DNA from: Azolla caroliniana
Taxonomy: Eukaryota > Plantae > Polypodiophyta
Length of the DNA: 64,000 nucleotides
Direction of reading: 5' to 3'
NCBI GenBank assembly: GCA_043228905.1
Contig: JBHGNT010000004.1
Coordinates: 14,074,001-14,138,000, forward strand
The position numbers and the translations under genes are program-made. Shown in pieces: positions 21,996-35,800 of the stretch (positions are counted from its first letter, which is position 1; every line of letters begins with the position of its first letter). The notes under the pieces are model-generated. The model did not search any database and was not told the origin of the DNA. It saw nothing but the letters and a program-made list of their open reading frames with translations.

Positions 21996-24900
21996 TTTGG
22001 CTATTCTATGGGATGTTGTGGTCTTGACGTGGTGTATGTTGCCTACCTAGTATGCCAGTCTACTCTCTATCAAGCCATCACTTCGTTGATTCTATGGGAT
22101 GTTTGTTATTCTGATACCTAGTTTTTGCTATTCTGCTCTCTCTGTCTCTCCCACTCTCTATCTGTGTCTTGTAAGGTTTCCATTAAACATGTACTCTCTC
22201 TATTGCTATCCAGCTGAACCGGTTTGTCATAAGCTTCCGCATATTAACTTTTACATGGTATTAGAGCGCGAGGGTTGAGAACCTCTGCAGCCAACGAGCA
22301 ATTACTGACGACAAACGCTAACACCCGGTAAAGGGCGAATGATGGATAGAGGTATGACAAGTTCGCTTCCGATAGAGAAGCTTGACAGACACAACTATGC
22401 ATCTTGGTCATACAAGATGTACCGGTATCTGCTCGGACATGGATACTGGAGTTATGTTTGCGAATGAAATAGTGTTGGAGTCATCACAAAAGGATTTCCT
22501 GGCATGGGAACAAGGAGCAAGCAGAGTTCTATACTGCCTTACGTCCTCCATGCACGACCAGATGATCAATTACATTAGAGATGCTAAGACACCAAAACAT
22601 GCTTGGGAAAATCTGAAAAAGATTTTTGCCGCAAGTATGTGAGCCCGCAAGCTACAACTTTGGCAAGAATTGAACAATATCAAACAAAAGGATATGTCAG
22701 TTTCAAACTACACCGCGAAGATAAAGGAGATTTGAGATGCATTAGGGTTCATTGACATCATGATAGATGAAGAGGAAATGGTGCAAATCTGCCTCGGTGA
22801 TTTGGCTCAAAGGTACGGGCCCATCCGAACCACTATCCTCACCTAGGAGAAACCACCATCCTTCTTCGACTTGCAATCAATGCTCATGGTTGAAGAAAAC
22901 CATGCGAGTGGGTCAAGGATCACTCAATTGGACAACCGGATGCTGTACACAGAGGCGGATCGACCCCATGGGCGTGGTGGACTAGGTGGATTGGCATGCA
23001 ATGCAGGCGGCCCACAAGAGCAGAACCAGAGGCACAACAATAGTGTTGACATCAGTTATGGACACCTCCACTAGTAGGGGGAGTAAAGGTGGCACCGGAA
23101 ACCGGCAAGGTAAAAACGACATAAAATGCTCGTACTGTGGCAAGAAAGGCCACCGAGAAAGCGAGTGCTGGAAGAAACATGCCGATTCAGATAAATCCAG
23201 ATCCAGAACCGACAAAGCTCGCACTATGCTAAAGGATCAAAAGGATCCGAAACCAGAAATACCGGAGAAGGGCCAGCCTTTGTGATGAAGCACAAGGTGA
23301 ACTCGATGAAGAAGACCACTTCCAAATTAGAGGAAGTGTGGTATGTGGACTCCGGAGCGTCTAACCACATGACAAGCCACCAAGAGTGGTTCTTGTTTCT
23401 GGAAATGCCGGAGCAACCGGGAGTTGTCGAAATCGGAGACGACACTCTTGACCTGATTGTACATGTCGGAGAAGTTCCTTTAAGCCATGTCGGAGAAAAG
23501 GGAAAGCTCATGAACATACTACATGTTCCGAAAATCATAAAGAACCTGGTGTCGGTCGGGCATATCGTTGACCAGGGGTTGCAGGTGCGGTTCACGCACC
23601 TTGGGTGCTTCATAGAGGAAGAAGGCTAGATAATCACGCAACGGTGCAGGGATGAGAGGATATTCATCGTCAACACCAATGATGTCGGCACCGCTATGTT
23701 TGGAAAAGGACAAAAGATCGAATTAGACATTGATCTCTTGGACAAGCGGATCGGCCACATCAACCATCAGAAGCTTCAAGACTTGCAATCGAAACAAGTT
23801 GTTTTCGGATTGCCAAAATTTAGTGGCCGGAAGACCCAAATTTGTGAAAACCTGCCAACTCAGGAAGCAACACCAACTTCCCTCCCCAATCGAAAGAAAC
23901 TGGAGCCGTAATAACCTCGATCTAATACATTCGGATGCATGGGGACCGGCACAGAACATTAGTCTTGGCGGGGGCCGATATTTTGTTTCCTTCATCAACG
24001 ACTACAGTCGACACACATGGATCGAGAAGAAAAGCGAAGTCTTCGACTATTTCTAGAACATGCAAAGTCTTGTTGAACGGGAAATGGAGAGGAAGATCAA
24101 GTGCCTGTGGTCGGATGGCCGAAAAGAATTTTTTTCCGGCCAAGTCAATAGTCATCTACAGCAGAAAGGAATTCAGAGAGAATTCAGTTGCACGTACACA
24201 CCGGAACAAAACAGTGTGGCTGAGAGGAAGAACCGGTCGATTGTCGACGCGGCAAGGGCAATGCTTGAGGAGAAAAGCATGCCCAAATTCTATTGGGGTG
24301 AGGTTGTGAGGTCGGTCGTCTACATCCAAAACTGGATCGGGGAGAAGGTGTCAGCACACGAGCTGTAGTTCTGGCGGAAGCCAAATTTAAGGCACCTTCA
24401 GACATTTGGTAGCGTAGCATATGTGCATGTACTGCTGAATGAGAAGTGGAGAAAGCTAGACCCAAAGTCGAAGAAGTGCATCCTTGTCGGCTACTCACAT
24501 GAGCAAAAGGGTTATAAGTGCCCAAACAAAACAAATTCTAGTGAGCCGAGATGTCGAATTTGATGAGTCGGCATCAAGGTAATCTCTACTCTCCGATGTC
24601 CAATTCCGAACTGATTCCGGAGGATGAGGCCAGTGAGCCTAAACCAGTTCGGGCAGGTTCCACAACTCTAGATGAGAGTCTGATCTCGTTCTAGTTCAGT
24701 GGGCCAAACGAGCGACTAAGTTGGAATGACCAGTAAGATTGAGAGTCGGCGAGCAGCGGAGACTCAACCATGCTCTCCTCGTGTAAGGAACCAAGGAGAT
24801 GTTTCACACGCAAGGAAAAGGGGGAAAAGTAGATGTTGGAGTATGACACCGGCAGAGGCAAGTCAGATTAGAGTGAGTTCGACTCCGGAAAGAACAAAGA

Positions 24901-25346
24901 CGGACCTTCGGGAATGAAGTCTGAGTTGGCCAAGAGGGCCCTCAAATCGGCTAACGAGAAGTTATGCCAATCTACTCGCCAGAAGAACCCTGTAAAGGGG
25001 TACGAGTACAATGAGTACATGGCGCATCACCATGCATACATTACGAAAGTAGCAGAAGTGCGTGAGCCAGAGAGATATGCAGAAGAGGCAAAGGATGCAA
25101 ATTGGTATGCCATTATGGAGGAAGATATGCACGCACTCACAGAAAATGAGATGTGGGATTTCGTGGGCATACTGAAAGGAGTGAAGACGATCGGTTGCTG
25201 GTGGGTATACAAAGTCACCGAATGTAGGCGAGAGTCACCGGAACGGAGAGCCTAAGCCAATGCCAACCGAGAAAGTGTTGGGAAACAGGTCCCTCCGGAT
25301 GGGAAGGGATAAGAACAGTGCCGATGAACAAACTCGGCCTCGGCCG

Positions 25347-25786
25347 AAACCGGATGAGGAGGACCCGGCTACGGAGAGCCGGATGGTGCAGACCCGGTAT
25401 GAACCGGATGAGGAGTACCCGGCTACGAAGAGCCGGATGATGCAGACCCGGTATGAACCGGATGAGGAGTACCCGCCTACGGAGAGCCGGATAGTGCAGA
25501 CCCGGTATGAACCAAATGAGGAGTACACGGCTACGGAGAGCCGGATGATGCAGACCCGGTATGAACCGGATGAGGAGTACCCGCCTACGAAGAGCCGGAT
25601 AGTGCAGACCCGGTATGAACCAAATGAGGAGTACACGGCTACGGAGAGCCGGATGATGCAGACCCGGTATGAACCGGATGAGGAGTACCCGACTACGGAG
25701 AGCCGGATGGTGCAGGCCCGGTGAGAACCGGATGAGGAGCACCCGGCTACGGAGAGCCGGATGATGCAGACCCGGTGAGAACCGGA
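25347..25786 (+). repeat. 54-bp CCGG-rich tandem repeat (8 units) in the D 5' LTR
   Basis: Unit starts at 25347, 25401, 25455 and so on to 25725, with a partial unit at 25779. Confidence 0.95.
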
Positions 25787-25943
25787 GGAAGAGACATATT
25801 CGTAAATATGTTTCTGAGAGCCCATCGAGGCAATATTTGTAAATAGCCGAAAAGTCATATTAGTATAAATATGACTTAGGGCAAACTTTTAGATGTTGTT
25901 GTCATTCTTGTTGGTAAAAATATAGCGAGAGCACGTAACTGTG

Positions 25944-25975
<32 letters not shown>

Positions 25976-26291
25976 AAGAGGTCGTTGCCTCTGTTGTAAC
26001 CGCCGCCTGTGGCGAAGATCTGTGAGCACGAGGTCGTTGCCTCAGTGAACTCACTATTGTACATTCTTACATAGTGACAGTTTGCAGCCTGTGGGCTGCC
26101 GTGGTTTTTCCCCTAGTTTGGGGTTTTCCACGTAAACCTCCTGTGTACCTTTTTCTCTCCTTTGCGTCGCGTGTTTTTTTTTTTCGTTTCCTGTTTTCTG
26201 TGTATGAAAAGAATCTCGGTTGTGGCCGAGTGTCGTGGATAAGGAGCGTTGAGTTCCCGTCAAGTGGTATCAGAGCGAAACGACACAGAAA

Positions 26292-29200
26292 ATGGACGAA
26301 TCGTTTGGCGGCATGTTCAAGCTCACCGGCTCCAACTATTCAGTGTGGAAGTCGAAGATGAGGGACATGCTCGTGGTTAAAGACCTCTGGCTGTCGGTTC
26401 AGTTCGGGGACAAGAGACCGGACAAAATCGACGCCGCGATATGGGAGGTGATGCATATGAAGACAACGGCGTACATACGGTGCTTCATCGACATGAGCCT
26501 GTACAACAACTTCAATGAAGAGAGCCAGGTTCATGAGCTCTGGGAGAAGATCGGCATAATGTTTCAAAACAAAAATGTTGTTAATCAGGTCTCGGTATTC
26601 CGGAAGCTAGTAAGACTCCGGTACCAAGATGGCTCCAGCATGGCGAAGCATATGATTGCCTTCCAGGGGCTGATACACCAGGCAACGTCACTGGAAGTAC
26701 CTCTCGCCGATGAGGTACTAGCGCTACTCCTGCTCGGTTCCCTCCCGTATAGCTCGGAGTCGTTGGTTGTCACTTTGGGCAACGCCGGGCCGGAAGGAAA
26801 ATGGTTATCCCTAGCAAGAGTAAAGTCGAGCTTGCTAGATGAGGAGGCACGTCGGAAAGATAAAGATACGAGCTCCGACTCCAAAGCGCTACTTACCGAA
26901 TCGGAACGCGGAAGACATAGAAACCGTAGTCCCTAGAACCGGGAGAAGTCGGGGACATGGTCAAAGTCAAGGGGGAGGCCTACTTGCTTCTACTGCGGGA
27001 AGCCGGGACACTTCCAAAAGAACTGCCGGCATTTCCGTAAAGACAAGGAAATTGACGGTACCGATTCGAAGAAAACCCCGGACCGGAACGGTAAAGACCG
27101 GAGGGGGCCGGACCGGAAGGGAACGACAGCAATCGCGGCAAGTGAAGAGGAGTTGATGCTCATCACCGAGGAGAGTGAGAAGGGAACGGTGTCATGAAGT
27201 TCAGCAAAGGGAGCCTTATTGTGGCTCAGGCCCGGAAGTTAAACACGTTGTACCTGATGAATGCCCGGTTATGTCCGGAAGAAGTGAACGTGGCATCCAA
27301 CACTACCGGTGAGCTGTGGCACAAGAGGCTGTGTCACATGAGCGAGAAGGGGATGAAGAGGCTTGCAGACGACAACCTCATTCCAGTGAAGAACGTGCAC
27401 TTAGAGAAGTGCACTGATGGTCTGGCCGGGAAGCAGAACCAGACCTCCTTCCGACCAAGGCCACCGATGAGACGTAATGCACCACTGGAGTTGGTGCATA
27501 CGGATGTGTGTCAGGTAGACACGAAGTCACATGCCAGAGCGCAGTACTTCGTGACGTTCATAGATGACCACAGCCGGAAGCTGTGGGCCACACCGTTGAA
27601 GACGAAGAATTAGGTGTTATCCGTCTTCAAAGAGCTCCACGCGAGAGTGGAAAGAGAAACCAGTCAGAAGCTGAAGGCGGTTCGAGCAGATAACGGAGGA
27701 GAGTATAGGGGGCAGTTTGAGGAGTACTGCCGCTCGAAGGGAATCCGACTCGAATTTACCGTGCCGAAGACGCCGGAACTAAACGGACTAGCTGAGAGGA
27801 TGAACCGGACCATAATGGAGAGGGTCCGGAGTATGCTAGCGCATGCAAAACTACCCAAGAAGTTTTGGGCCGAGGCACTGTCAACGGCGACATACGTGAT
27901 AAATAGATCACCCTCAGTACCCTTGGACGGAGACACGCCACAGAGAGTGTGGACCGGTAAGGAAGTATCCTACCGGCATCTGAAGCTGTTCAGGTGTCTC
28001 GCGTCCGTGCATGTAGCTAAGGACCGGAGAGGAAAGTTAGATCCAAAGACCCGGCCATGCATATTCCTCGGTTACGGTGACGATGAGTTCGGCTACCGAG
28101 TGTGGGACCCGGTTGACAAGAAGGTATTCCGGAGTCGAGATATTATCTTCATGGAGAACAAGACGCTCGCTGATTGGGAGTCAGAGAAGAAGATAATGAA
28201 CTCCGAGTCGACCGGTAAGGATAGACTCTACGATGAGAAGACCCAACCGGCAAGAGACCGGTTAGCACTCGAGGAACCAGCCGGTTACGGTGAGGATACC
28301 GAATCGACAGAAGAAGAAGTAGAGGAAGCTGAGACCGGAACCGGCCAAGACCCCGAATCGGATTCGGATGAAGAGCATATGGATGAGCCGATCACCGAAG
28401 CCCAGAGACGGAGATATCCTCTCAGAGAGAGAAGGGCCCCCCGGAGATTTCCGGATGCAGAGCATGTTCTGCTGACCGATGAGGGGGAGCCGGAAAGCTT
28501 CGAAGAAGCGAAGGAAGACACCCACAGCCGAAAATGGTTAAGTGCCATGCAGGATGAGATGGATTCCCTGCATGAGAACCATACGTACGAATTGGTGGAG
28601 TTGCCGAAAGGAAAGCGGGCACTCCGAAACAAGTGGGTGTACAAGTTGAAACCAAGAGATGCCGGCAACCCCCCGAGATACAAAGCCATGATCATAGTGA
28701 AGGGGTTCCAACAAAAGAAGGGCGTGGACTTCGACGAGATATTTGCCCCGGTTGTAAAGATGAACTCCATCCGGACGGTGCTGAGTATAGCGGCAAGCAT
28801 GGACCTCGAGGTAGAGCAGCTAGACGTGAAGATGACATTCCTTCACGGCGACCTCGAAGAGGAGATCTACATGCAGCAACCGGAGGGATTTGTGGAGAAT
28901 GGGAAGGAGCACCTGGTATGCCGGTTGAAGAAGAGCCTCTACGGGTTGAAGCAGGCCCCTCGGCAATGGTACCGGAAGTTCGATTCCTTCATGACCGATC
29001 AAGGGTACCACAAGACGCAGGCCGATCACTGCGTGTTTGTGAAGAAGTTTGAAGGAGGCGATTTCCTGATACTCCTTCTGTACGTGGATGACATGTTGAT
29101 CGTCGGACGGGACCAAGTCAAAATACAGATGCTGAAGAAGGCTCTCAACCAGACCTTCTCAATGAAAGACTTGGGTCCGGCAAGACAGATGCTGGGGATG

Positions 29201-30058
29201 CACATCATTCTGGACCGGTCAGCGAAGCAATTATGGCTATCACAGGAGAAGTACGTGACAAAGGTGCTTCACCGGTTCAACATGTCAGAAGCGAAACCGG
29301 TCGGATCGACACTTCCGGCAAACTGCAAGCTATCCGGTAAGCAAAGCCCGAAGACGAAAGCAGAGAAGACGGATATGATGAAGATTCCATATGCCTCTGC
29401 CGTCGGGAGCTTGATGTACGCTATGGTGTGTACCCGACCGGATATAGGATATGCAGTTGGAGTGGTGAGCCGGTTTATGAGCAATCCCGGCAAGGAGCAC
29501 TGGAACGCGGTCAAATGGATACTCTGGTATTTGAAGGGCACTTCAAATATGTGTCTCCGATTCGGCTCCAGAAAACCTCAACTGGACGGTTTCACCGATT
29601 CGGACATGTTAGCTGATGTGGATACCAGCCGGTCTACATCCGGATATGTAAGGACATATGCAAGGGGAGCTGTTTCGTGGCAGTCGAGGCTGCAGAAGAC
29701 GGTTGCTTTGTCAACCACAGAGGCGGAGTACATTGCGGCTGTGGAAGCCGGCAAGGAAATATTATGGATGAAGGACTTCATCGGAGAGCTCGGTATTCGG
29801 CAAGATGAATACCGACTCTATTGCGACAGTCAAAGTGCCATCCACCTTGCTAAGAATGCAGCCTACCATTCCCGGACAAAGCATATCCAACGGAGGTACC
29901 ACTGGATCCGGGAGGCGGTAGATGACCAGGAGTTTGCGCTGACGAAGATCCACACGGCCGAGAACGGGTCAGATATGCTAACCAAAGTGCTGACACCCGA
30001 CAAGCTGGACGCATGCCGGAAGAGGATCGGGCTGGTAAGACACCCCATGCCGGAATGA
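26292..30058 (+). pseudogene. Copia D gag-pol (stops at 26934 and 27611; protease deleted at ~27181; INT-RT-RH open for 814 aa)
   Basis: Gag with CFYCGKPGHFQKNC knuckle, GAG-pre-integrase, rve core, YVDD and RNase H motifs. No DSGA motif. Confidence 0.92.
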
Positions 30059-30139
30059 AGGGGGGGTTTGTTGGGAAACAGGTCCCTCCGGATGGGAAGG
30101 GAAAAGAACAATGCCGATGAACAAACTCGGCCTCGGCCG

Positions 30140-30448
30140 AAACCGGATGAGGAGGACCCGGCTACGGAGAGCCGGATCGTGCAAACCCGGTATGAACTGG
30201 ATGAGGAGTACCCGGCTACGGAGAGCCGGATGATGCAGACCTGGTATGAACCGGATGAGGAGTACCCGCCTACGGAGAGCCGGATGGTGCAGACCCGGTA
30301 TGAACCGGAGCCGGATGGTGCAGGCCCGGTGAGAACCGGATGAGGAGCACCCGGCTACGGAGAGCCGGATGGTGCAGGCCCGGTGAGAACCGGATGAGGA
30401 GCACCCGGCTACGGAGAGCCGGATGATGCAGACTCGGTGAGAACCGGA
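30140..30448 (+). repeat. Same 54-bp repeat in the D 3' LTR (5 full units plus one 31-bp deleted unit)
   Basis: Units at 30140, 30194, 30248, 30302 (short), 30333 and 30387. Confidence 0.9.
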
Positions 30449-30608
30449 GGAAGAGACATATTCGTAAATATGTTTCTGAGAGCCCATCGAGGCTATATTT
30501 GTAAATAGCCGAAAAGTCATATTAGTATAAATATGACTTAGGGCAAACTTTTAGATGTTGTTGTCATTCTTGTTGGTAAAAATATAGCGAGAGCACGTAA
30601 CTGTGTAC

Positions 30609-30640
<32 letters not shown>

Positions 30641-31249
30641 GTCGTTGCCTCTGTTGTAACCGCCGCCTGTGGCGAAGATCTGTGAGCACGAGGTCGTTGC
30701 CTCAGTGAACTCACTGTTGTACATTCTTACATAGTGACAGTTTGCAGCCTGTGGGCTGCCGTGGTTTTTCCCCTATTTTGGGGTTTTCCACGTAAACCTC
30801 CTGTGTACCTTTTTCTCTCCTTTGCGTCGCGTGTTTTTTTTTTTCATTTCCTGTTTTCTGTGTATGAAAAGAATCTCGGTTGTGGCCGAGCGTCGTGGAT
30901 AAGGAGCGTTGAGTTCCCGTCAGAAAGGGGGAGGCAAAGCCGGAAAGGCCAAGACCAAGTCATGTGCAGATGTGGTCAAGGGCACCCAATTCAAACAAGA
31001 GTTGGAACGAATCGGAGGCAGCCGATTTACGAGAGGAGTTAGATTCAGAGGAGCCAAATAAACTAGAGGCCAAACGGACAAGAAGGGAGCGGAAGTCGAC
31101 ACAGACATGGAGGAACCGACGGGTGGAGAAGCGCCAGAATCACAATAACAAAGGAGCTGAGATGGGCCTATTGAGCAGAGAAGCCGACCGAGGAGATCGA
31201 GGAGCATAGAACCAGATGGGTCGCTGAAGGAGGAACCAGACCGAACCAG

Positions 31250-32797
31250 GAGCGTGAGTGAGGTGTGAGGACGCCAGAAGAAGCCGGATGAAAGAACCAG
31301 CTGCCCCGGACACTAACACCACGATCTGGCCTCAAGTTGAGCTTGAGGGTGACTGTTGAGTGAGCAAGCTCAACCGGATCCGGATCGATTGGATAAGACA
31401 GAGCCGGATCGTATCAGGAACTAGGAGCCGAATCAGGATCAGGGAGCCGGATTGGAGAGTCGGACCTATGTGTGTACCAGTAGGACATTTAGAGGTCTAC
31501 GCTTCTAGACTACTAGGTAGTAATGGTTCTCGTAGTTAGTGTCAGCCACTCATATGAGCATTAAAGTACATAGTACTTCTGTCAGTCCCTTGTGGACTTG
31601 TATAAAGAGTGCTCACTGAGCACATTCTATGCATAGAGTATTATTTTCTTAATATAGTTTTTGTTATTCTACTCTCTTTGTCTCTCCCACTCTCTATCTG
31701 TGTCTTGTAAGGTTTCCATTAAACTTGTCCTCCCTCTGTTGCTATCCTACTGAACCGGTTTGTCATAAGTTTCCGCATATTAATGTTTACAAAGTATTTA
31801 CGTGCATTTACCTATGATGTAACACTTCCATGTAAACTATTTTTTCATATTGAGTGGGCATGATGCAACTTTTTGAACGATTTTTTCTAGGGGGTCATCT
31901 AGGTTTAACTCATATTATTGAGCTTTAGAACTCGAGTAAAACCACATGAGTTCCCCTATTGATGTTTTAGTCATAGATTTGAGTACTACATCTTTGCGCA
32001 CACCACCACCACCACCACCACCACTTGTATCAATTTGTGACTTATGTCAGACTTGTGCAAAATTCAACCGCCATATTGGGATGTGTATGTGCATACCTCA
32101 CACCATCCATTTATTTGAGACATTTTTTTTTAGTAGTTAACACAAGTTTTTTTAAACCTTGTTTTCGTCACTTCTTGAGTCTTATAGGTAGTGACTTATT
32201 TTTATCTCTTTTTCCATCCATTTGCTTGTTACTTGCAAGACTAGCATATATACTTATGAGTGCACTTATTTTTGCATGTAGTATACTTTCTGGACCATAT
32301 CAATACACGTTGGGTTGGCATTTTAATATAAGGCTAACAAGGAAATTACATTGATGCTAGAACCATGGTTGAGCCTCAGGGAGCGCGAGCGAGGCGGGAG
32401 GAAACCAGAACGAGCCGGATGAAAGAACCGGCTGCCCTAGACACTAACAGCACGATCCGACCTCAAGTTGAGCTTGAGGGGGAGTATTGAGCGAGCAAGC
32501 TCAATCGTATCGGGATCGGTTGGATAAGCTAGAACTAGATCATATTCAGAACCAAAAGCCGGATCTGGATTAGGGTGTGTGAAAATAATGCTTGGCCACA
32601 ACTGAGTCTTCAACAAGGAATAGAAGAGAACAAACTAGAACCGAGATGACACAGAATGTTTATGTGGAAAACCCTAAATAGGGAAAAACCACAGGAGCCC
32701 ACAGACTCCAAACTATCACTATATGAGAAAGGTACAATCAGAAACTCAGAGGCAACGACCTCGAGCTCTGGATCTGTGTCTCACACACACACACACA

Positions 32798-32840
<43 letters not shown>

Positions 32841-35800
32841 CAATATGGTCTCAATGACAACCAGATCTCAACTAGATCCCATCTGGAGGGATCGAAATAC
32901 CAACAATCTCCCCCTTCACTCCAGCATGGGATGTCTCATTAGCCCGATCCACCTTCCGCACACGTCTAGCTTGTAGGTTATCAGCACCTTGGTTACCATG
33001 TCCGACCCATTCTCCTTGTGTGGATCTTCGTCAGCACAAAGTCTTCATCTTCTACCTTCTCCCGGAGCCAATGATATCTCCTCTGGATGTGCTTGGTTCG
33101 GGAATGGTAGGCCACATTCTTCGCAAGGTGGATGGCACTTTGACTGTCGTAGTAGAGCCGTTTTCCTCCTATCGGATCCCTAGCTCTCCGATGAAGTCCT
33201 TCATCTAGATTATTTGCGGCTTCCACAACTGCCATGTACTTTGTTTTCGTTGTCGATAGTGCCACGGACTTCTGCAACCTCGACTACCATGATACGGCTC
33301 CCCCGGTATAAGTCATGACATATCTAGATGTAGACCGGCTAGTATCTGCATCAACCGACATATCCGAATCCGTCAATCCATCAAGTTGGGGTTTACCGAA
33401 GCCAAACCGGAGGCACATACCTGAGGTGCCTTTCAGATACCGGAGTATCCACTTGACCGCGTTCCAGTGCTCTCTTCCCAGGTTGCTCATGAACCGGCTG
33501 ACTACTCGGATAACATATGCAATATCCGGTCGGGTGCACACCATTGCGTAGATTAAGCTTCTGACGGCAGAGGCATATGGTATCTTCGTCATACCTGACT
33601 TCTTTGCCTTTGTCTTCGGGCTCTGCTTTCCGGACAACATGCAATTTTCCGGAAGTGTCGATTCGACTGGTTTCATCTCCACATGTTGAACCTTTGAAGT
33701 AGGTTTGTCACGTACTTCTCCTGTGACAACCACAACAGCTTCTCCAACCGGTCCTGGATTATGTGCATCTCTAATATCTGTCTTGCCGGACCCAAATCTT
33801 TCATTGAGAAAGTCCGGTTCAGGGCCTTCTTCAGCATTCATATCTTTACTTCGTCTCATCCAACGATCAACATGTCGTCCACGTATAAGAAGAATATCAA
33901 GAAATCTCCTTTGTCAAATTTCTTCACAAACATACAGTGAGCTGCTTGCATCTTGTGGTACCCTTGATCCGTCATGAAGGAGTCGAACTTCTGGTACCAT
34001 TTCCCGGGGGCTTGCTTCAATCTGTATAAGCTCTTCTTTAGCCGGCATACCAGGTGCTCCTTCCCTTTCCTCTCAAATCTTTCCGGTTGGTGTATGTAGA
34101 TCTCTTCTTAGAGGTCGCCATGTAGGAATGTCGTCTTGACGTCCAATTGCTCTACCTCGAGGTCCATGCTTGCCGCTATGCTCAATACCGTCTACATGGA
34201 TGTCATCTTTACTACCGGGATGAAGATCTCGTTAAAATCCACTCCTTTCTTCTACTGGAACCCCTTCACCACGATCCGGGCTTAGTACCTTGGTGGATTT
34301 CCGGCGTCTCCCAGTTTCAGCTTGTACACCCACTTGTTCCAGAGTGCCCTCTTTCCTTTCAACAACTCCGTCAATTCGTATGTGTGGCTCTCATGCAGTG
34401 AATCTATTTCGTCCTACATGGCACTTAACCTCTTGCAGTTGTGGGTATCTCTTCGCTTCTTCGAAGCTTTCCGGCTCCTCCTCATCGGTCAACAATACGT
34501 GCTCTACATCTGAAAATCTCCGGGGGGCTCTTCTCTCTCTGAGAGGGTATATTCCTCCTTGGTTTCTGAATACCGGTTCCTCCATTTGTTCTTCATCTGA
34601 ATCCGATTTGGGATCTTGTCCGGTTTTGGTGTCTTGTTCTTCATCTTCTTCAATCGGTTCAATTTCTTTTCCGAATCCGGCCGGTTCTTCGAGTGTCATC
34701 CGGTTACTGGCTAACATCTTGTTTTCAACCGAATAAGTCCTTGTGTCCTCAAGCTGGTTTTCATTGGATGATCCGGAGTTCATCACCTTCTTCTTCGATT
34801 CCCAGTCGGCAATGGTCCTGTCTTCCATGAAGACTATGTCCCGACTCCGGAACACCTTCTTGTCGACTAGATCTCACACCTGGTAACCGGACTCATCATC
34901 ACCGTATCCAAGGAGTATGCATGGCCTGGACTTCGGATCCAGCTTCGCTCTCCTGTCCTTTGCAACATGCACATAGGCGAGACACCCAAACACCTTCAGA
35001 TGCTGGTAAGATACATATGGTCCATACTTTCTGTGGTGAGTCTCCTTCCAAGGGTGCTAAGGGTGATTTGTTTATCACATAGGTCGCCGTCATCAGCGCC
35101 TCAGCCCAAAACGTCTTAGGTAACTTTGCATGTGCCATCATGCTCCAGACTCTCTCCATCATGGTTCGGTTCATCCGTTCGGCCATCCCGTTCAATTCCG
35201 GCGTCTTCAGCACCATGAATTCAAGCCGGATTCCCTTCGACCAACATTACTCTTTGAATTGCCCTCGTTATTTGCTCGAACCGCCTTCAGCTTCCGATTG
35301 GTTTCTCTTTCCACTCTCGGGTGGAGCTCGTTAAAGACTGATAGCACCTGATCCTTTGTCTTCGGCTGTGAGACCCATAACTTCCGGCTAGGGTCATCTA
35401 TGAGCATCACGAAGTACTACGATTCGGATGCTATGTTCACTTCTTCCCGGTATATCCGGGCATGCATCAGATATAGTGTGTTGATCTTCCGGGCTCGAGC
35501 CACAATCAGACTTCCTTTCCTAAATTTCATGACTCCATTCGGGATACTACCCGTGTAACCTTCATCATCTAGCCAATCGGCTGATATCAGGTTCAACCGA
35601 ACCTCCGGAACGTGTCAGACATCCTTCAACAGCAACTTGCACCCCGTTGATGTCGTCAAAACCTCATCTCCTATTCTGATAATTTGGCAGGTCCCTTCAT
35701 TCCCCATCCTGACACAACCGTGATCTCCGATTGTGTAGGATGAGAAGCACCTCCGGTCCTGTGTCAGGTGGAACGATGCTCCGGAATCAACAACCCACGG

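Larger units (their letters stand above)
25276..30922 (+). mobile_element. Copia D, both LTRs present, protease deleted
   Basis: LTRs 25276-26262 and 30069-30922. TSD GAAAG at 25271-25275 and 30923-30927. PBS TGGTATCAGAGC at 26265-26276; PPT at ~30053-30066. Confidence 0.97.
22119..31791 (+). mobile_element. Degenerate Copia C (truncated 5' LTR 22119-22255, PBS 22256-22267, gag-PR-INT, RT/RH deleted at ~25216, 3' LTR 31354-31791); hosts Copia D
   Basis: WYVDSGASNHMT, integrase core and YNEYMAHH motif shared with Copia F. RT stops after WVYKV. The 3' UTR and LTR resume after TSD GAAAG. Confidence 0.85.

Noticed and set aside
25215-25858. Repeat-protein ORFs in the Copia D LTRs (also 29978-30520)
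   Set aside because: These are by-products of a stop-poor 54-bp repeat that is open in several frames on both strands.
32781-32838. (CA)n(CT)n and other GA/CT microsatellites
   Set aside because: Ordinary LTR-internal simple repeats.
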